Shown: positions 36,644 to 51,555, counted from the whole stretch's first letter. The stretch: DNA of 54,784 nucleotides, filler included, from Jimgerdemannia flammicorona (GCA_003990765.1; 3 parts of 3 records of this genome joined end to end with filler, not necessarily neighbours in it); one strand, 5' to 3'. The notes: generated by a model not told the origin, from the letters alone. Made by a program: numbers and translations.

Positions 36644-37271
36644 CAAAAAGCCTGAGTCTCCCGTCCCTGCACCGATGAAGCTCTCTCATGAAGAAACCAT
36701 CATCGCCGACCTAAAGAAGTTCTTCTCTGAGCATCCAGCCACCGGGACCCCGGCTGAGAGGCAACAAATCACGGAGGACATCAAAGAAGTGACACGCGTC
36801 GAGATGCGAAATGACTTGTCGAAGCCGCAGCTGTTCAATGTGCTCTTTCCTGCCTTGTTGGACGATCTCACTGGCGATGCTTCGGCTGCCGTTGTGACTG
36901 GTATATTCCGCACCCGCGAGAAACTATTCAAAACTGTAAGTGTTCCTTATGGTATTCATTTATCCGATTTCAGGTAACATTTTACACGTAAACTAACAGA
37001 TCTGTTCGGCGAATTCGTCCTTCTCCTGTAGTTCATTCGAGCAACCACGGACCAATATGCTTTCATTCGCTCATGGGAAAAGTACGTTACCCAGCGCAAC
37101 CCGCACCTCGTCGGCAAATCACCTGTGGTTTTCAAGCAGTTATATGATGACGACTGGGTTGAGGAAGAGGTTTTTTTGAAGTGGTACAATGGAGCCGATG
37201 ATACGAGCGAGATCAAGAAGAAATGCAGCGTGTTCATTGATTGGCTGCAGACAGCCGAGGAGGAAGAGTAA
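36644..37271 (+). CDS. W2-domain protein (eIF5/eIF2B-epsilon/eIF4G C-terminal type), probably 5'-partial; exons 36644-36935 and 37032-37271
   Basis: AA-box motifs LYDDDWVEEEVFLKWY and FIDWLQTAEEEE*; intron GTAAGT...ACTAAC...CTGTAG. Confidence 0.8.
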
Positions 37272-37537
37272 TAGATGGTGTATTGGATATGATAGTTAAT
37301 TTGAAGAGATAAATTACATATTTGGGAAATGGGATGCCGTTTTCTATTGATTCCTGTTGTCATTGAGCTGTTTTCTTTATTCTCATATAACCTGTAACCT
37401 TTCTCAGTTTATTTCACAAATTTATTGCAATTATTCGCGATGGACTGCGCTGATGACATCAACAATCGAGCACTTCATAAACAAAGCCAAGCCTTCGTCT
37501 TGGCCTCTTGGACTGCCTGCCCCTACACAGATCCACA

Positions 37538-39234
37538 ATGGCATCCGACAATGTCGTGAAGGTACTTCTTCAGTCTGTTCTTGCTCCATCTGCTGCTCGC
37601 AACAAACCGTGTTCGCTAATCTCAATCCACTTAATTTCACTAAGGTTGCCAACATATCGTCCTTGGTGACGGAACAGATCCTTCGGCAAATGTTTCAGTT
37701 CCTAGGAGATGTCGAGGAATTAAAATTGTATAGCAGGTACTGGAATTGGCGGCGCAAACATCTTGGAATAACAACTATGGTTTTAAATTTTTTTTAAATT
37801 AATAGCCCACATGGTGATGGTCTGCAAGAAGCTCTTGTGGAGTTCAAAGAGGCTAGCTCTGCCATGACGGCTCTTCACCTCTCTGGCACTGAACTCGGTG
37901 ATCGCATTCTTTTTGTTTCGGCTAATTATGGCAGCTTGAGTGTGGATAGTAGCAGCCTGGTGAGCCCGCAAGCCCGCACATTCCCCCCGTTAGGCCCACA
38001 CCCGAACCTGACGTTGCGCAACACCCCCGTCACTGCGACTACGGCGCAGGTAGCGGCCCTACGCGCCCTCAACCCTGTCATCAATCCGACCGTCGCGCAA
38101 TTCGATCCGCAGAAAGCCGAGGAGATCTCGCGCACCGTGTACATTGGCAATATATCGTCGGTAGTGACAGAGCAGGAGCTGACCCATCATTTCGCAGCAT
38201 GCGGGCCGGTCGCGTACGTCAAGATGGCAGGAGACCCAGCGCAACCCACCAGATTTGCATTCCTTGAGTTTGCAACTGTGACGGGAGCTCACGCAGCGTT
38301 GTCGATGAACGGGTTGATATTGGCGGACAGACCGCTGAAGTAAGTAGCTTCTGCCGTTGTTTTGTTATCGATGATTGGCATAGAGAATAAAGGACCAAGA
38401 CAGTTAGCTGTTTATGTATTGGTTCTGTCTCATACGTGACCCTCTGACTCGCTTAGAGTGAACCACTCCAAGAACGCAATCAACAAAACGCCCAAGAAAA
38501 ACGAATCACAGGACGTCCTGGCAGCTATGCGTCGTGTTCAAGAGGCGCAGCGTCGCATCGCGAGCCGCTTAGGCGTCGAGGCTGCTGCGGCTGAGAATGA
38601 GAATGTCACTGCATCCGGCAAGACGTCGGACGACCCGACCGCGATCGGCGTTGCCGACGATAGGGCAGGTTCGGCTTCTGGTACAAGACGTAGCCGGTCG
38701 CGTTCAGACAGCCGCTCTAGGGTGCGACGCTCAAGTCGTTCGAGAAGCAGGTCGAGAACGAGGCGGAGGCATCGGACTCGTTCGCGTTCCAGGTCTAGGG
38801 AGCGTGGTACGTTCTTTATTATATTTCTTTCATCTGCATCCTCCACGATTAAATTAAGTTTTTTGTATGGATTTTCCTTGATACAACTATTTCATTCTTC
38901 TCATGTGGGTTTCCTACCTTACGTCGACTACATCTCGGCTGTAATAACCAATTTTTCATTGCGAACTAACTCAGTAGATCTCCACCGTTCCTCTCGGAGG
39001 CGTTCACGTTCGCGCGACCATCGCGACAGGGACAGGGACAGGGACAGGGATAGGGACAGGGACAGGGATAGGGACAGAGACAGGGACAGGGATAGGGACA
39101 GGGACAGGGAGAGGGACAGGGAGAGAGAGAGAGAGAGGGAGAGGGAGAGAGAAAGAGAGAGGAGTGATAGGGATCGGGACAGGGAGAAGAGACGTCGGTC
39201 GAGGTCAACTTCAAGACGTGGATCGAGACGTTGA
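37538..39234 (+). CDS. SRSF11/SREK1-like splicing factor (2 RRMs plus RS/RD/RE tail); about 5 exons
   Basis: VKVANISSLVTEQILRQMFQFLG; KAEEISRTVYIGNI...GPVAYVKMAGDPAQPTRFAFLEF...RPLKVNHSKNAINK; RS and (RD)n/(RE)n repeats. Confidence 0.88.
39020..39190 (+). repeat. Coding (AGGGAC/AGGGAG)n microsatellite encoding an RD/RE tract
   Basis: Read directly from the sequence. Confidence 0.9.
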
Positions 39235-40560
39235 AAGCCAGCCATGGTGCTACAGTTAGATTTGGGTTGAGAGTTGTGGGACAAAGGGCGGATGTGTCGG
39301 TTTCATTGCCGGACATTCGTATCTTTGGATCTTTACTTTGAACAATATAATCAGTCGCTCGTCCTCTACACAGATTGCATTACTTGCTTATAAAGATTTT
39401 CAATTCTTGTCCGAAACCTTCTGGAATCCCGGATCTGGCTTACCCCAATATATTTTATTTAATGGAGGCGGGCACTGGTAAATCATATTGTTGACGCACC
39501 CAACTCAAATGTGTCATCTATTATCTGTATCTTATTTTTATTTTATTTTATTTATTTATTTATTGGGCATTTTGGTGATAAAAATGACTTTGTGATTGAT
39601 TTAAATATAATGCTCACATTTTAGATATATAGATGTAGCAATTTTGAGTCATGCATTTTGAGTAAAGATCTATGGTATCTTATTTCCATTCATTACTATA
39701 TACAGAGCAATGAAGTGGATGTTCATAGTGGTATTAATATCTCTGTTTCAGATTATGGTACATTTTTTGCATTTGAGTACAATATGTAGAGAGTCATCCT
39801 TTATGTAGATATATTTCAAGATTATGGTTTAGTACTTAAAGTATATTTTGGAAGATTAAAATTCAGAGACACTGAGTATCAGATTACCCAAGCAGTTGTA
39901 TTACTAGAGAATATAGAACTTCTGTGAGATATTAGCTATTCTCTTTTTTATAATAAGATTGGTCACTATATCTATTAATACTATTAAGAACTCTTTACTA
40001 ATAAATTATAGACTAGTCTAGTTTAGATAGATATAAATAGAGATATACTATATAATCTCTAATCTCAACTTTATATAAATAGCAGATTTTCAGAATCTCT
40101 CTTCTCTAAGATAGATGAACTAAAAGCAAGAGTAACTACTAAAGCTTACTTCTAGGTCTCTCTCAAAATTAAAAATTATAAACTCTATTAAAGCTCTATC
40201 TTGAATAACAAATCCTGATTAATAAATTCAAGATCTCTCTGATCTGTTTAAAAAACTATCTATTCAAATAGATCTTTCAAGATATGAGAAATAAGTCTCT
40301 TATATAGATGACTCCAACTATATCTAATAGAGATTTCCATTCTCACTACTAGCTACTTTAAACTATTAATACCTCTATAGGCTCAGTCAATAATCAGATA
40401 GATATTAATAATAAGAATGAGAATAATGTTATTCTACTAGTCTTCAACTTCAAGATAGATGATATAAAAATCAATATAGATATTAATTTCTAAGAGAGAA
40501 ATATAATAGAATTATATTATAAATGAGTTTGATAATAGTATATGTATAATAAATAACTAT

Positions 40561-42151
40561 TGTAACAGTAATCTCAGAATAGTGATATTATTACAAAAGA
40601 CAGTCTTTTCTTATAAGCTACCAGATTGGAGTACAAGAAGATCATATGGCATGACTTACCCAAGCTATAAGATGAGTAATAATAATCAATCATAAGTCAT
40701 GATGACTACAAGATAGATATCTCAAAGAATATAAAAGAAGGACTAGGAAACCACAGTAGCTATAACTCCAACAAGACTTACAAAAATCTGAAATAGTTTA
40801 AAAAACTCACTATAAATAAAATATCTACCACTTACTAAACCATAAGGTCTAGGAATCATCAAGGCTTCTCAGTCTAAGAAAGGATATTCCAAGACATCAG
40901 AAGAGCTATGAGAACTTATACCAGAAAGATCTCTAGCCTTAACTTGAATACTGGTAACTCTTACTATTTTACTCTCTATCACTATAAAATAGTGATAAGG
41001 ATTACTACTGCTATTGAATATCTCTGAATGTAATAAGAATATGAAATAGAAAACCTCTTCTGCCAGAAATTCTCTTAGGCCAGTCACTAAGAGATATAAG
41101 ATGCTATCTCTATAAATATATATAAATTGAGAGTAGCCAAAAAGATCTATCAGATTTTCAGACATATACTTTAGTTAATTTCTAACTTAGAGTATACCAG
41201 AGTCTCAGACTTTAAGAAATTGTCAGTCTACTATATAGATGCACTAGAAGCCATAGTAGCTACAGAAGTCCAATCTACTATCACTCTCAAAAGTGATGAG
41301 GTAGAAGAGTTCTGGAATCCCATCCTTCAGAACAATCCAGATCAATTTCTATAAGAATTAATCTCAGTATTTTAAGACCCTAGTATCCAGGTCAGTCCCT
41401 CTTAAGACCCCACCTTTGTCCCCTACTTTGTAAAGAAAAATATCATAGATTGGAGAGCCTCTGATCTCCTTTCTACCTCTATTAAATATGATAATATCAC
41501 TAGTGATAATGTTATCTCACTAATTGATATATATAAAATGAATAAAACAGAAATGTTTGCTGACCTTATTTTCTTCAAAGATATCCTGTCTTTGACCTTT
41601 AGCCTTAATGATGGTAATGAAGATGAAGTTCTTGGGATTTTGAATATTTTACTCTAATTTGTTTAAATACTTGAATATTCTGACATCTTAATCTTATATA
41701 ACTATCAGAAATTATTCCAGCATTCTGATCTTGTACAACTAGTTATATAAGTACTTGAATTTATACTTACAATCTGAAGTTTCCTGTATTCAAATATCTT
41801 ATTTAGTTATCAAATTTTATATTTAGCTTTATATCTTAGCAATTATTAAATTATATTCTATATAAATAAAATACCTCTCTCATTTCCTTTGAAATAAAGT
41901 CAGTATTAAAATACTCAAGTATTTAAGTACTCAATTACTTAAGAGTATAAAAGTTTCAGTCCTCTACTCAATTCTATATAAGTAAATCTAAGAGATAATA
42001 GAATAGTTTAAAGATAAGAAGTTTGAGAACTCTAAGATCTTGAGAAGGTACTCTAATAGAACTTACTTATAAGAAACTTATAGTTGGTCTAAGAGATATA
42101 TCTTGAAGAGAATCTGATATACTTGAAGAACACAGTATCTATTATATGATA
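40561..42151 (+). mobile_element. Family-B LTR (5' LTR), heavily decayed; left boundary tentative
   Basis: 41172-42151 is homologous to 16047-16992. It ends ...TATGATA (decayed TGTGACA), followed by ACTTGGTATCC (PBS-like). A candidate start TGTAACA lies at 40561. Confidence 0.55.
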
Positions 42152-42475
42152 ACTTGGTATCCATTAACTGGTGATATTATTAGGATCTTTTACTTTCAAG
42201 CTGAATAATAAATAACTACCATAACAACTACTCTAATTATAAGAGTCATCCTCTATAAGAATTCAAGAAAAAATAGAAATACATCTACTTATATTTTATA
42301 GATTTATTACTAAAGAGTCAATCCTGATCTTTATTAAAGACTTTAAATAATTTGTCACTATATGAGTTCTTAATATTGAAGTACAATTAGCTCTTCTATC
42401 TATTAGTCTTAGAGGATCTATCAGAGATAAGTTCAATACAGCCATCATTGCCAACAATAGTGTAGCCAAACTCAT

Positions 42476-45400
42476 TGTAAGTGCACAACTTCCAAGCCAC
42501 TGAAATCACATATGCCAGCTGAACAAATCTGAAAATCACCTGCTCAATCATGAAGCTGAGTCAAACCAAAGTCACAGTGCACAAAGCTGAGTCAATATGA
42601 AGTCACAGAACATAAGATTTACACAAATAGAATCTTACCAATCAGGACCAAATATATATATTGAGTACTGAGATATGTCAAAACAGAGAACCAAAACAAA
42701 TAATAATCACAACTTCTAAACATATACAAATATGATCACTGAGATCTATAATTATATCTGTGCTGACATTTGGAATGCCATTGTCAACTAAGCTACACCC
42801 TCTCTGCCCCTTATGAATATCCATAGTCTAGTATCCCTCTACTTCATAGAAACCCAATAGAATACCCTGAACATACTTAGCAAGGCTCACCGAATCAGAT
42901 AAATCTCAAGCTACTATCAGATCAGCTATCTCCTAGAAGACATGGTAGAACACCACTACAATATAGATATCACTCAGATATCTCAATACCAGAAACTCAT
43001 TGCTTGCAAACACTAAGAACTCTTTTATGAGTATAGTGCCATTATTCTCTGTCTTTGAGTTATTACTAGTAAAATGGTCACTATTCTGTCCTATGGTCAA
43101 ATCAACAATATGATATAAGAACTTAACTACAAGTATCTTAAATATATTCAGACTTGAACAGACTTGAATACTTTAACAGACTCAAACATATATACAAGAA
43201 CATTCTTGAATACTTTCCCACAATATCCCTTTACACAACTATTCCTAGTATAGCAATATCATGAATAGCAAATAAATCTATTTAATAACCCACAAACCAC
43301 TCTTAAGTAAATCCACTCTCTATTAGGTCTCACTCCTAACTCTGTCATAAAATTTCCTAATTGGGTATTGTCTGCAGTGATATGTCAATTCAACTAAGCT
43401 GGTCTTAGTTTCTTGAACTTACTGAAATATGAAAAATTCTGAACATCCAGAACTAGTCCAAAAAAGGACTTTAATTGAGATGTCAACCTGATCTTGAAAT
43501 CAATAAGTGTAGAGGATGTACTCCATATGAAATTGATCTTGACCATAAGAAAACAGTCTTCCAGAATATCCAGAACTTCCAGAAAACTCTCCCAAAACTA
43601 TATAATAGTTACTCTAAAAAGCAACTCTCTTATAACTTGGTAGCAGCAGTTTACAATCCAATTCTGCTTCAAGATGCTTTCTTACCCCACTACAAACCCC
43701 TCTGAGAATTCCTACAAGTTGGTATAAAGCCCAACCTCTGAACTGGAATTTATCTTAAACTATCTGACAATCTGGAGAGAATTGAACCTGATATATAAGG
43801 ATAATTTGACCTCCACACCTGCAACAAGTGGGACAAACTTCATTCAAAGAAAGAAATACTCCAGTTAAATCAGCAAATAGGCGAAATCCTATTTACTGAA
43901 CTCCTTACTCTATACCTAGTAAGTTAAGATGAAAAAGGTCTTATTGAAGTCTTCTTTACTCTTCTCAATAAGAGTTTTGTCAGCTCCACAAATCCAAGTG
44001 ATCTAGGATAACCATCAGTAGTCTTTCTAGTCTTAGTCCCTCATAAAGCTCAAGCCTCTGTAGTCAAGTGGCTTAACTCTACTGACTTTCACCACACCAG
44101 GACCAAGACCACATTATACTACCAATTCCAGAATTGCAAGGCCTGCCATATTCTTAAGAAAGAAGCAAGGGAAATTCTCTATCAATAACCTGATTCCAAA
44201 TCAGAAGCAGGCTCTGCTATAGCTCTATCTGAATCTGAAACTAATACCAAACCTGAACTTGACTTTGAGTTAAGTCTATCTGAAATCAGATATACAACTA
44301 ATTCTGTCTACTTTAACACTGAGCAAACCTAACTACATAGAGACCAAACTAAAGAGAAGGAGAAGTATCTTAGTGAATTCAATCCTGGATATACTACTGA
44401 AGGAGATACACCTCTATCAGACCAGAATACACCTATACAGCAACAAACAGCTATCTATCGAGCCCTTACTCCAGACCCACAACTACTACTCCAGCAACTT
44501 ACACAGATCCAAAGAACTCTATCACACTCTGCACCAGTACCACAAGTAGTACCAGTAACACTACTATCAATAGTCCAACTGCCTCCAGCAAATAATATAG
44601 CAAACCAACAGATTCTAGACCTTACAGCTCAGGTAGCAATAATGGTAGCAACCATTACTGCCTTAGCTGAACAGATCTGATCTATCAAAAATCTGAGCCT
44701 ACCTACCTTCAATGATACTGTACAAGAAGTCCAAAGCTTTATTAGTGTAGTTGATACCAACTTCAAAGTCAATTAATGGACCAATGAGCAAGTTGCTGAC
44801 CACCTTCTGATAAACAATCAAGACCACACTCTGAAACAACTCTTTGCTACCACTACAGCCTATGTCCGCTGAGTTGTAACATTCTTCCAAGGACCTGCTG
44901 AAGAATGGTGATGAACCCTTCCTGAAAAACCCCTCACATAGGACACCTAACCTGCAGTAGTCACTCAGAATGTAGCAAATAATGCCCCAGGATATGGAGC
45001 CCATCTTGTAGCCCCTGACTCAAATAACTCATGATTTCTCAATATCACAGTGAAACCATGATTGCCAAATCTTGAGTAAAACTCTGCAATCTCAAATTTG
45101 ATGTATATAGTAAAGAAGAATTTGAAACCTTCTGTACAAAACTCAAGTCACTCCTGAATACTGTTGGCCTAGGATATATTACCAATGATGAAGTACAAAA
45201 TAGTACAAGAGCAGATCATTTATTTGATGCTCTGCCTGAATAGCTTACTAGAAAAATCTGAGAACAAGGCTACCTAGTTGGTTGTGATCACCAACAATGG
45301 TGCCTGACAAGAATCAAGACTATGGTCAAGCAAATCCTAACAGCTGGACCAATTCTGCCCCAAAGACAATTCAATAATAAGAAAAAGACTTAGACTAAGA

Positions 45401-45899
45401 AAGAAAAATCCAAGCATAAAGCATCCTGAGTTCCCTCTATATCCACCTCATGGATACCCAGAAATCATGAACCCACTCAGCTGAGTACCTTCAAGAAACT
45501 CACCAAAGGAGAAAGGAATAAACTTCAAAGAAGTGGAGTATACTTCTATTGCCAAAAGACAGAACATATGGCCAGTGCCTGCCCTAACCAAAAACCCTGA
45601 ACAGCAATATAAGTAACTGTTACTACTCTGCACTACCTCAATAACCTGACTACCAGAATACTGGACTTCATCAAGTTAAGACAAACTGCTAAGGCCCCAA
45701 CCAAAGGAAGTCAAAAGGCAGCTGGATATGACCTATATGTAATGAAGAAGCTACAGTTTCCAACCAAAAAGTCAAGCAAGTCTATATAGAAATCAGTATC
45801 CAAATCCCTGAAGGACATGTTGGAAGAATATACTGTCATAGTAGCCTAGCATTGAAAGAACTCTCAGTAAAAGGAGGAGTCATTGATGAGAATTATATA
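42476..45899 (+). mobile_element. Family A copy 2: internally deleted 5' LTR (42476-43634), PBS, gag, CCHC and partial dUTPase; 3'-truncated
   Basis: Colinear with 13984-14685, then about 15590-16046, then 7461-9725; ends after GGVIDENY. Confidence 0.93.
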
Positions 45900-47574
45900 A
45901 TCTTCTTGTGCTCCGATCTGGTGGCTTATGAGGAAAGGCTGTCTCTTGTGCTGATGTCATCATTCTGAGATTACTATTACACTATCTACTTTTCGGAGTA
46001 AGATCAATATCATATGTACTATATGTTTCAGCGAGCCACCTTATATAGATATCTAATCCCCCAGCTTTGCTCAACTGTTAGCAGTTTCTGTTTCCAATCT
46101 CCTAGCCTTTTGTTTGGCTCTTGGTAGTTTTTGTCCTTTTTGCTCAGGTTCTTAGTATTGATAGAAATCACCACAGTTTTAAAGGGAACAAGAGAATAAG
46201 GGTTAATGTGCAGGTATATATTGCTGATCAGATATAAGTTGCCATGTCTTACACATTGGTTAACTGAATGAAGGTCCAGAGTGAGAGCAATATAAACTAT
46301 GATTATCATCACATAGATCATACCTCTTTAATATATAATATATACTGGTCAGCATGCTGGTACATCAATCAATTGAGAATACAGGATTTATTCTATATAC
46401 AAAAGATATTTTCCATCACGATGCATATAGCTGTAGAAGAGAATTATCATGAATTATAATTGCACTCATATATATACATAAACCCACTTGTTTTCATCAT
46501 ATAATAATATTTCTCTGCTGAAACCTATATACTTATGTCAATGTTTGATGTCACAACACTTAATTAAGGAAAAGAAAGTAAATGATCATCTTCAGGTATG
46601 TGTATTAGACAGCAAATACATGAAGGTCAGTTCTCACAGAAGAGACTGAATTGGCTAACTATATATATTACATGTAGAGCTTTTTTCAATTACTATACAT
46701 AAGTGAGCAATGAGATAGATAAGGTGTATGAATGTATAATTAGAGTTGAAAAGAAGATACCTTAGCATATGGCAGTAGCTGGAGACTTTGTTTAGTGAAT
46801 AAGAGCCACTGGGACTTGGAGAAATATGAGACATACATATATAGTAGAAATATATAGTGAAAAAAACTGAGTTTCTGTACAATGGTATTAAAACACTAGA
46901 TAAAATCAACATCACAAGCAATCTACAAATATGTGAATGTAGAGAAATCTTGAGAATCTTGTGAGCAAAGAGGTCTTATCATGGTGAAGAATAGCTTATT
47001 AATTAGAATTTTGGTGATAAAGAAAGATAATATTTCTTAGTCATATGCTCTTTAATATACATATATTATTATTCATTATCTATTATTGTCTGATTATACC
47101 AAGACCCCAAGATCAATATTTGCTATTATCAAGACCCTTCCCTCCATTTGTCAAGACCTCAGATATTCAACCCTTTTTTGTAATAAAATTGTGACTTTAC
47201 ATAAAGAACTAACCTAAAAGTCTAGAAAGATCATAATTTAGTACTAATGATATCTTCTATCTCAGGCCATCCTTCAGTAGTACTGATCTATAAAGTTAGT
47301 TGAGAAAAGTAGCAAAGGAGATCTCAGAAAAAGAAGGAATCTTAGCAGAAAAAGATATTTTTATTTTAGTAGTATTTTATATTACTATCAACTAGCTGAT
47401 ATATAATTTAGTTATTTAAATATAAAAAATGAAAATAATAAGTAATAAATTATATATTATAATAAATATATTTTATCTTTAATATATTTTATATTACTAT
47501 TAACTAGCTAATATATATATACTTTAGTTATTGGTAACTCGGCTCAGCCCTAGCTTACCTCAAACAATCAACAA

Positions 47575-49061
47575 ATGACCGCATACCAGAGTGTGGCGAG
47601 AGTCTATGCGAACGTGAACCAGTCCATGCAGCGGGAGTACTGGGATTATGACACTTTGCAGGTTCAATGGGGCGTTCAAGATAACTATGAGATTATCCGC
47701 AAGGTCGGCCGAGGCAAGTACTCGGAGGTCTTCGAGGGCGTGAACGTCGTCAACGGCGAGAAGTGCGTTATCAAGGTCCTCAAGCCCGTCAAGAAGAAGA
47801 AGATCAAGCGCGAGATTAAAATATTGCAGAATCTCGCAGGAGGGCCAAACATTGTCGGCCTGCTGGATGTTGTCAGGGATCCTCAGTCGAAAACACCCTC
47901 CCTCATCTCCGAGTATGTTAATAATACCGACTTCAAGGTCCTCTATCCCAAGTTTACCGATTACGATATCCGTTATTACATGTTCGAGCTCCTCAAGGCA
48001 CTGGACTTCTGCCACTCCAAGGGAATCATGCACCGAGATGTGAAGCCGCACAACGTCATGATCGACCATGAGAAACGGATACTGCGACTCATCGACTGGG
48101 GTTTGGCCGAGTTCTACCACCCAGGCACCGAGTATAATGTCCGCGTCGCCTCGCGTTATTTTAAGGGTCCTGAACTGCTCGTTGATTTTCAGGAGTATGA
48201 TTACAGCCTGGATATGTGGAGTTATGGGAGTATGTTGGCTAGCATGATCTTCCGCAAGGAACCCTTTTTCCATGGACACGACAACTATGACCAGCTCGTC
48301 AAGATTGCCAAGGTCCTCGGCACGGACGAGCTGTTCGCTTACCTCGACAAATACGATATCGAACTCGACGCGCAATATGACGATATCCTGGGGAGGTGAG
48401 TAGTTGATGGTATTTGTTCCAGAATCACAAATTATTGTTTTCGATTCGATAATTTATCATTTTACCACATTTTCTTTGTAGATACCCACGCAAGCCCTGG
48501 AGCAAGTTCATCACGGCCGAGAATCAGCGATTCGTGTCGAACGCCGCTATCGATTTCCTCGACAAGCTGTTGCGGTACGATCATCAGGTATGTTGATGTT
48601 ACATTTTACATGGATTTTATTTACTGGGAATGGCGATATATATATATATATTGTGCGCATTAGACGCGAGAAGGTGGTGGGAGAGGTTGTTGATTTGATG
48701 GGGGTTGAGCCGGACAACATTATGGAGTTATCGGCATTCATGCATAAATCATTATCATGGAGATATTCATTGCTTGTATTGGTGTCCTCCTACAGGAACG
48801 GTTAACGCCCAAAGAGGCCATGGACCATCCCTACTTTGGTGAGTGTTTATCCTTCATTTCATCATTGTTATGCAAGCAACTTTTTATATTGTCGCCTCTT
48901 TCGGTACCAAAATGGTACTCATTCCAGTCATCGCTGTTCGCGAAATTCCTTTAACAGATCCCGTCAAGGAGCGCGAAGGCTACGACCCCTCTGCTCCCAT
49001 TGTCAGCAGTGGCTCGACTGGCAACAACGGCGCCGCTCCTCAAAATCCCGGACGGTCATGA
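47575..49061 (+). CDS. CKA1: Casein kinase II catalytic subunit alpha; exons about 47575-48395, 48482-48587, 48797-48838, 48958-49061
   Basis: ARVYANVN...[60 protein letters not shown]. Confidence 0.97.
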
Positions 49062-51555
49062 AGAGATCAGGGGGGGATAGGGTGAGGGTGACGGACTAGC
49101 ATGGCCCTTCGATTGGATGGGATGTTCTGCTAGTGCGTTGTGGTGGTGCTTCGATTGGAAGAAGTTTTTTCATTCTTTTCCGGATACGTTTTTTTTTTTT
49201 TTTTTTTTTTGGTGAGAAGGGGGGAGGGAAGAGAGTCGGTGGGGCGTGAAGAATGAGGTTGTCATTGTCGATATTTGGATCTGCATCGGACCTTTTCGTC
49301 ATCACGTACTGACACGTGATCATGATGACTCCGCCATGTTTTTTCCTTCAATTTTATCTCGCTTATATGTTCCCTCTACTTTTATTTTCCTTTGCTCTGG
49401 TAGGATAGGCATTGGTTAGGATAGGCGATTCAGGGATCGGTATTTTCTTGTTTCTGTTGCTGCACATGGAATAAACGGTTAATGTGGACCTTGGTGATGA
49501 TGTGCTGACCTGCGGTTATTCTATTGTCATTCGTTATCGTGTGATTATCGACTCACAATGGAACACTGCTTCGTATCATTTTGGGGCATCCGAAGACTGC
49601 CATGCCTCTAGCCGGTTTTCTGTTTACAATGGTAAAAGAAACTGGTTAGTAAATATGCAAAAGCGGGGCAGTTTGGGTTTGTAGGACAAAGATAATGTTC
49701 ATTTTCCTTTTCTATTGATGCCTCTCACACTGTTTTATCAAGCGGACATTAGCACGCATTGCAAATAACAAGCGTTGCAATATTAAGCCAAGATTGGGCA
49801 TGTCTGTCACTACTTTCAAAAGATGACCATTCCTGCCAATAGACCCAAACATAATAAGCTGATGGATCATCCGTGATTGCAACTAGCACGATGCATTGCT
49901 CGGAAGTGATAACCTTCTCCTGCATCATCTGTGATTTTGCGTTTGCGGTCGCCATGTCGTGTTTTGAATGTGGCGAGTTTTTGGGTGTTGGCGTCACTAG
50001 GGCATGATGTGTGCTGCAATACCCCGGCTGCTAACCATACGTGCATATGCATATGCATGTACTAGTTGTCCATGTTAACATTCACCACTCGACTTTGGTT
50101 AGCGTTTTTGTAAATTTATTATCGGCGGGACATTGGGTTCGAGCCTTCCGACAGGGATACGTCCTGATCGTCAGTGGATCGGCCATTTTATGTCCGTCTC
50201 TTGGGTTTACGGACACGCCTGGACGGTGTTCCATTGCGAGAGGAACCCGAGCCTCGGTCATGTCTCGTGAAATAGCTGGGCTTTTCATTGCCATCGAGGG
50301 TGCTCGTGCTCATTGGCATAAATTCTGGATTCCCTAAATATGCACACAAAAGTATCGACCAAATTTCCTCTGGCTGTTCGAACAACATCGCCGATGCTGG
50401 ATTGCATTGCGATATCTTTTTTTTTTTTTTTGAGAGAGTTATTTTATTATTATTATTATTATTTTACCAATTTCGTAAAATGGGAACTGAGGAATGGGGT
50501 GAAGTGATTGACACGGTATCCTCTCTAACAATAGTGAAGGCCATCGCCGTCGCCGAATGACGTCCCCCCCCGTGAACTTATTTGCGATGTATCATTCTCG
50601 GCGGTTGAGATAAACTCACCATCTTGGAACCTCACGTCGCGTTCGCAGTTCGAGCAGTTGTAGCGCATTTTGCACGGTACGTTCTCTCGGTTCGATATCA
50701 CAGTCGAATAAGAGAGCAATCATAACCAACGCCGTGAAACTCTCTCGACACACTTCGCTGTTGAATGCGGCAATTCATGGGATCGTAGTATGGTTTCATC
50801 ATGTGTTGCAGTATTCAAGTTTTTTTTTTTTCTTTCGTCTGTTCGCTAGGTAGCTGCTCTATTCGCTATGCCTTTATGAGCGCAGTAAAAGTAATGAAAT
50901 CTCCGATTTGTATTTCCACGGAACAGTCTTATTGTAATATTCTGTATCAAGTTTCGAGACTACGAGTTGCACGGAACATAAAAAGTATGTCGGATCAGGC
51001 CATGTCCGAGTTTAAACACCACATGTATATTTTGCTGCAACACATCTCCATTGATCCCTCTATTGCCTTGTGCTATGGCTTTCCTCATATTCGAGCCGCG
51101 ACTCTTGGACCTTGCTTATGTTGATTCAAGTATCCACAAATATGTTGGAACTTTTTCGCTGTATTTATCCTTGCTTCACATGCTATAAAAGCAAGGCTCC
51201 GTTTGCTATCATCTACGAAAAGGAACTTTGTAGCGAAGCTTATACAAGAATTACGGTTAAAAATACAGGATGTAATGCCGCTATAATCACGTTGTACATA
51301 TACGTACAGTTGAAATGAGAGAAGTAAACTGTACTGAGATATGTAGGGGGTTCGGGGATTAAATATTACGGCATTACCCAATCTAGTTAAGAAGAATGAC
51401 GTTTGCGCAAAAATTCCTTCTGTTTCTAATTGCATACAAAAATAAACGCCACAGGCCTTCGCTCCATTTGGTTTTCGCCATTGTTCGTATTTTCTAACCT
51501 TTTCTGCAGATACATTTGATCCACCAAGCCTACCTGACAAGAAACACGACCGCTT

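Noticed and set aside
35226..37271. Ligase I-W2 domain fusion gene
   Set aside because: The two parts are separated by an artificial spacer, and the ligase catalytic domains are absent.
39950..40560. Possible RT relic (YIDD-like near 40302) in AT-rich DNA
   Set aside because: Too decayed to support a specific call.
45900..47530. AT-rich segment with short ORFs
   Set aside because: Probably decayed repeat, but no motif or terminus was identifiable.
49100..51550. Short ORFs between CK2-alpha and the oxidoreductase
   Set aside because: No coding signal was recognised.
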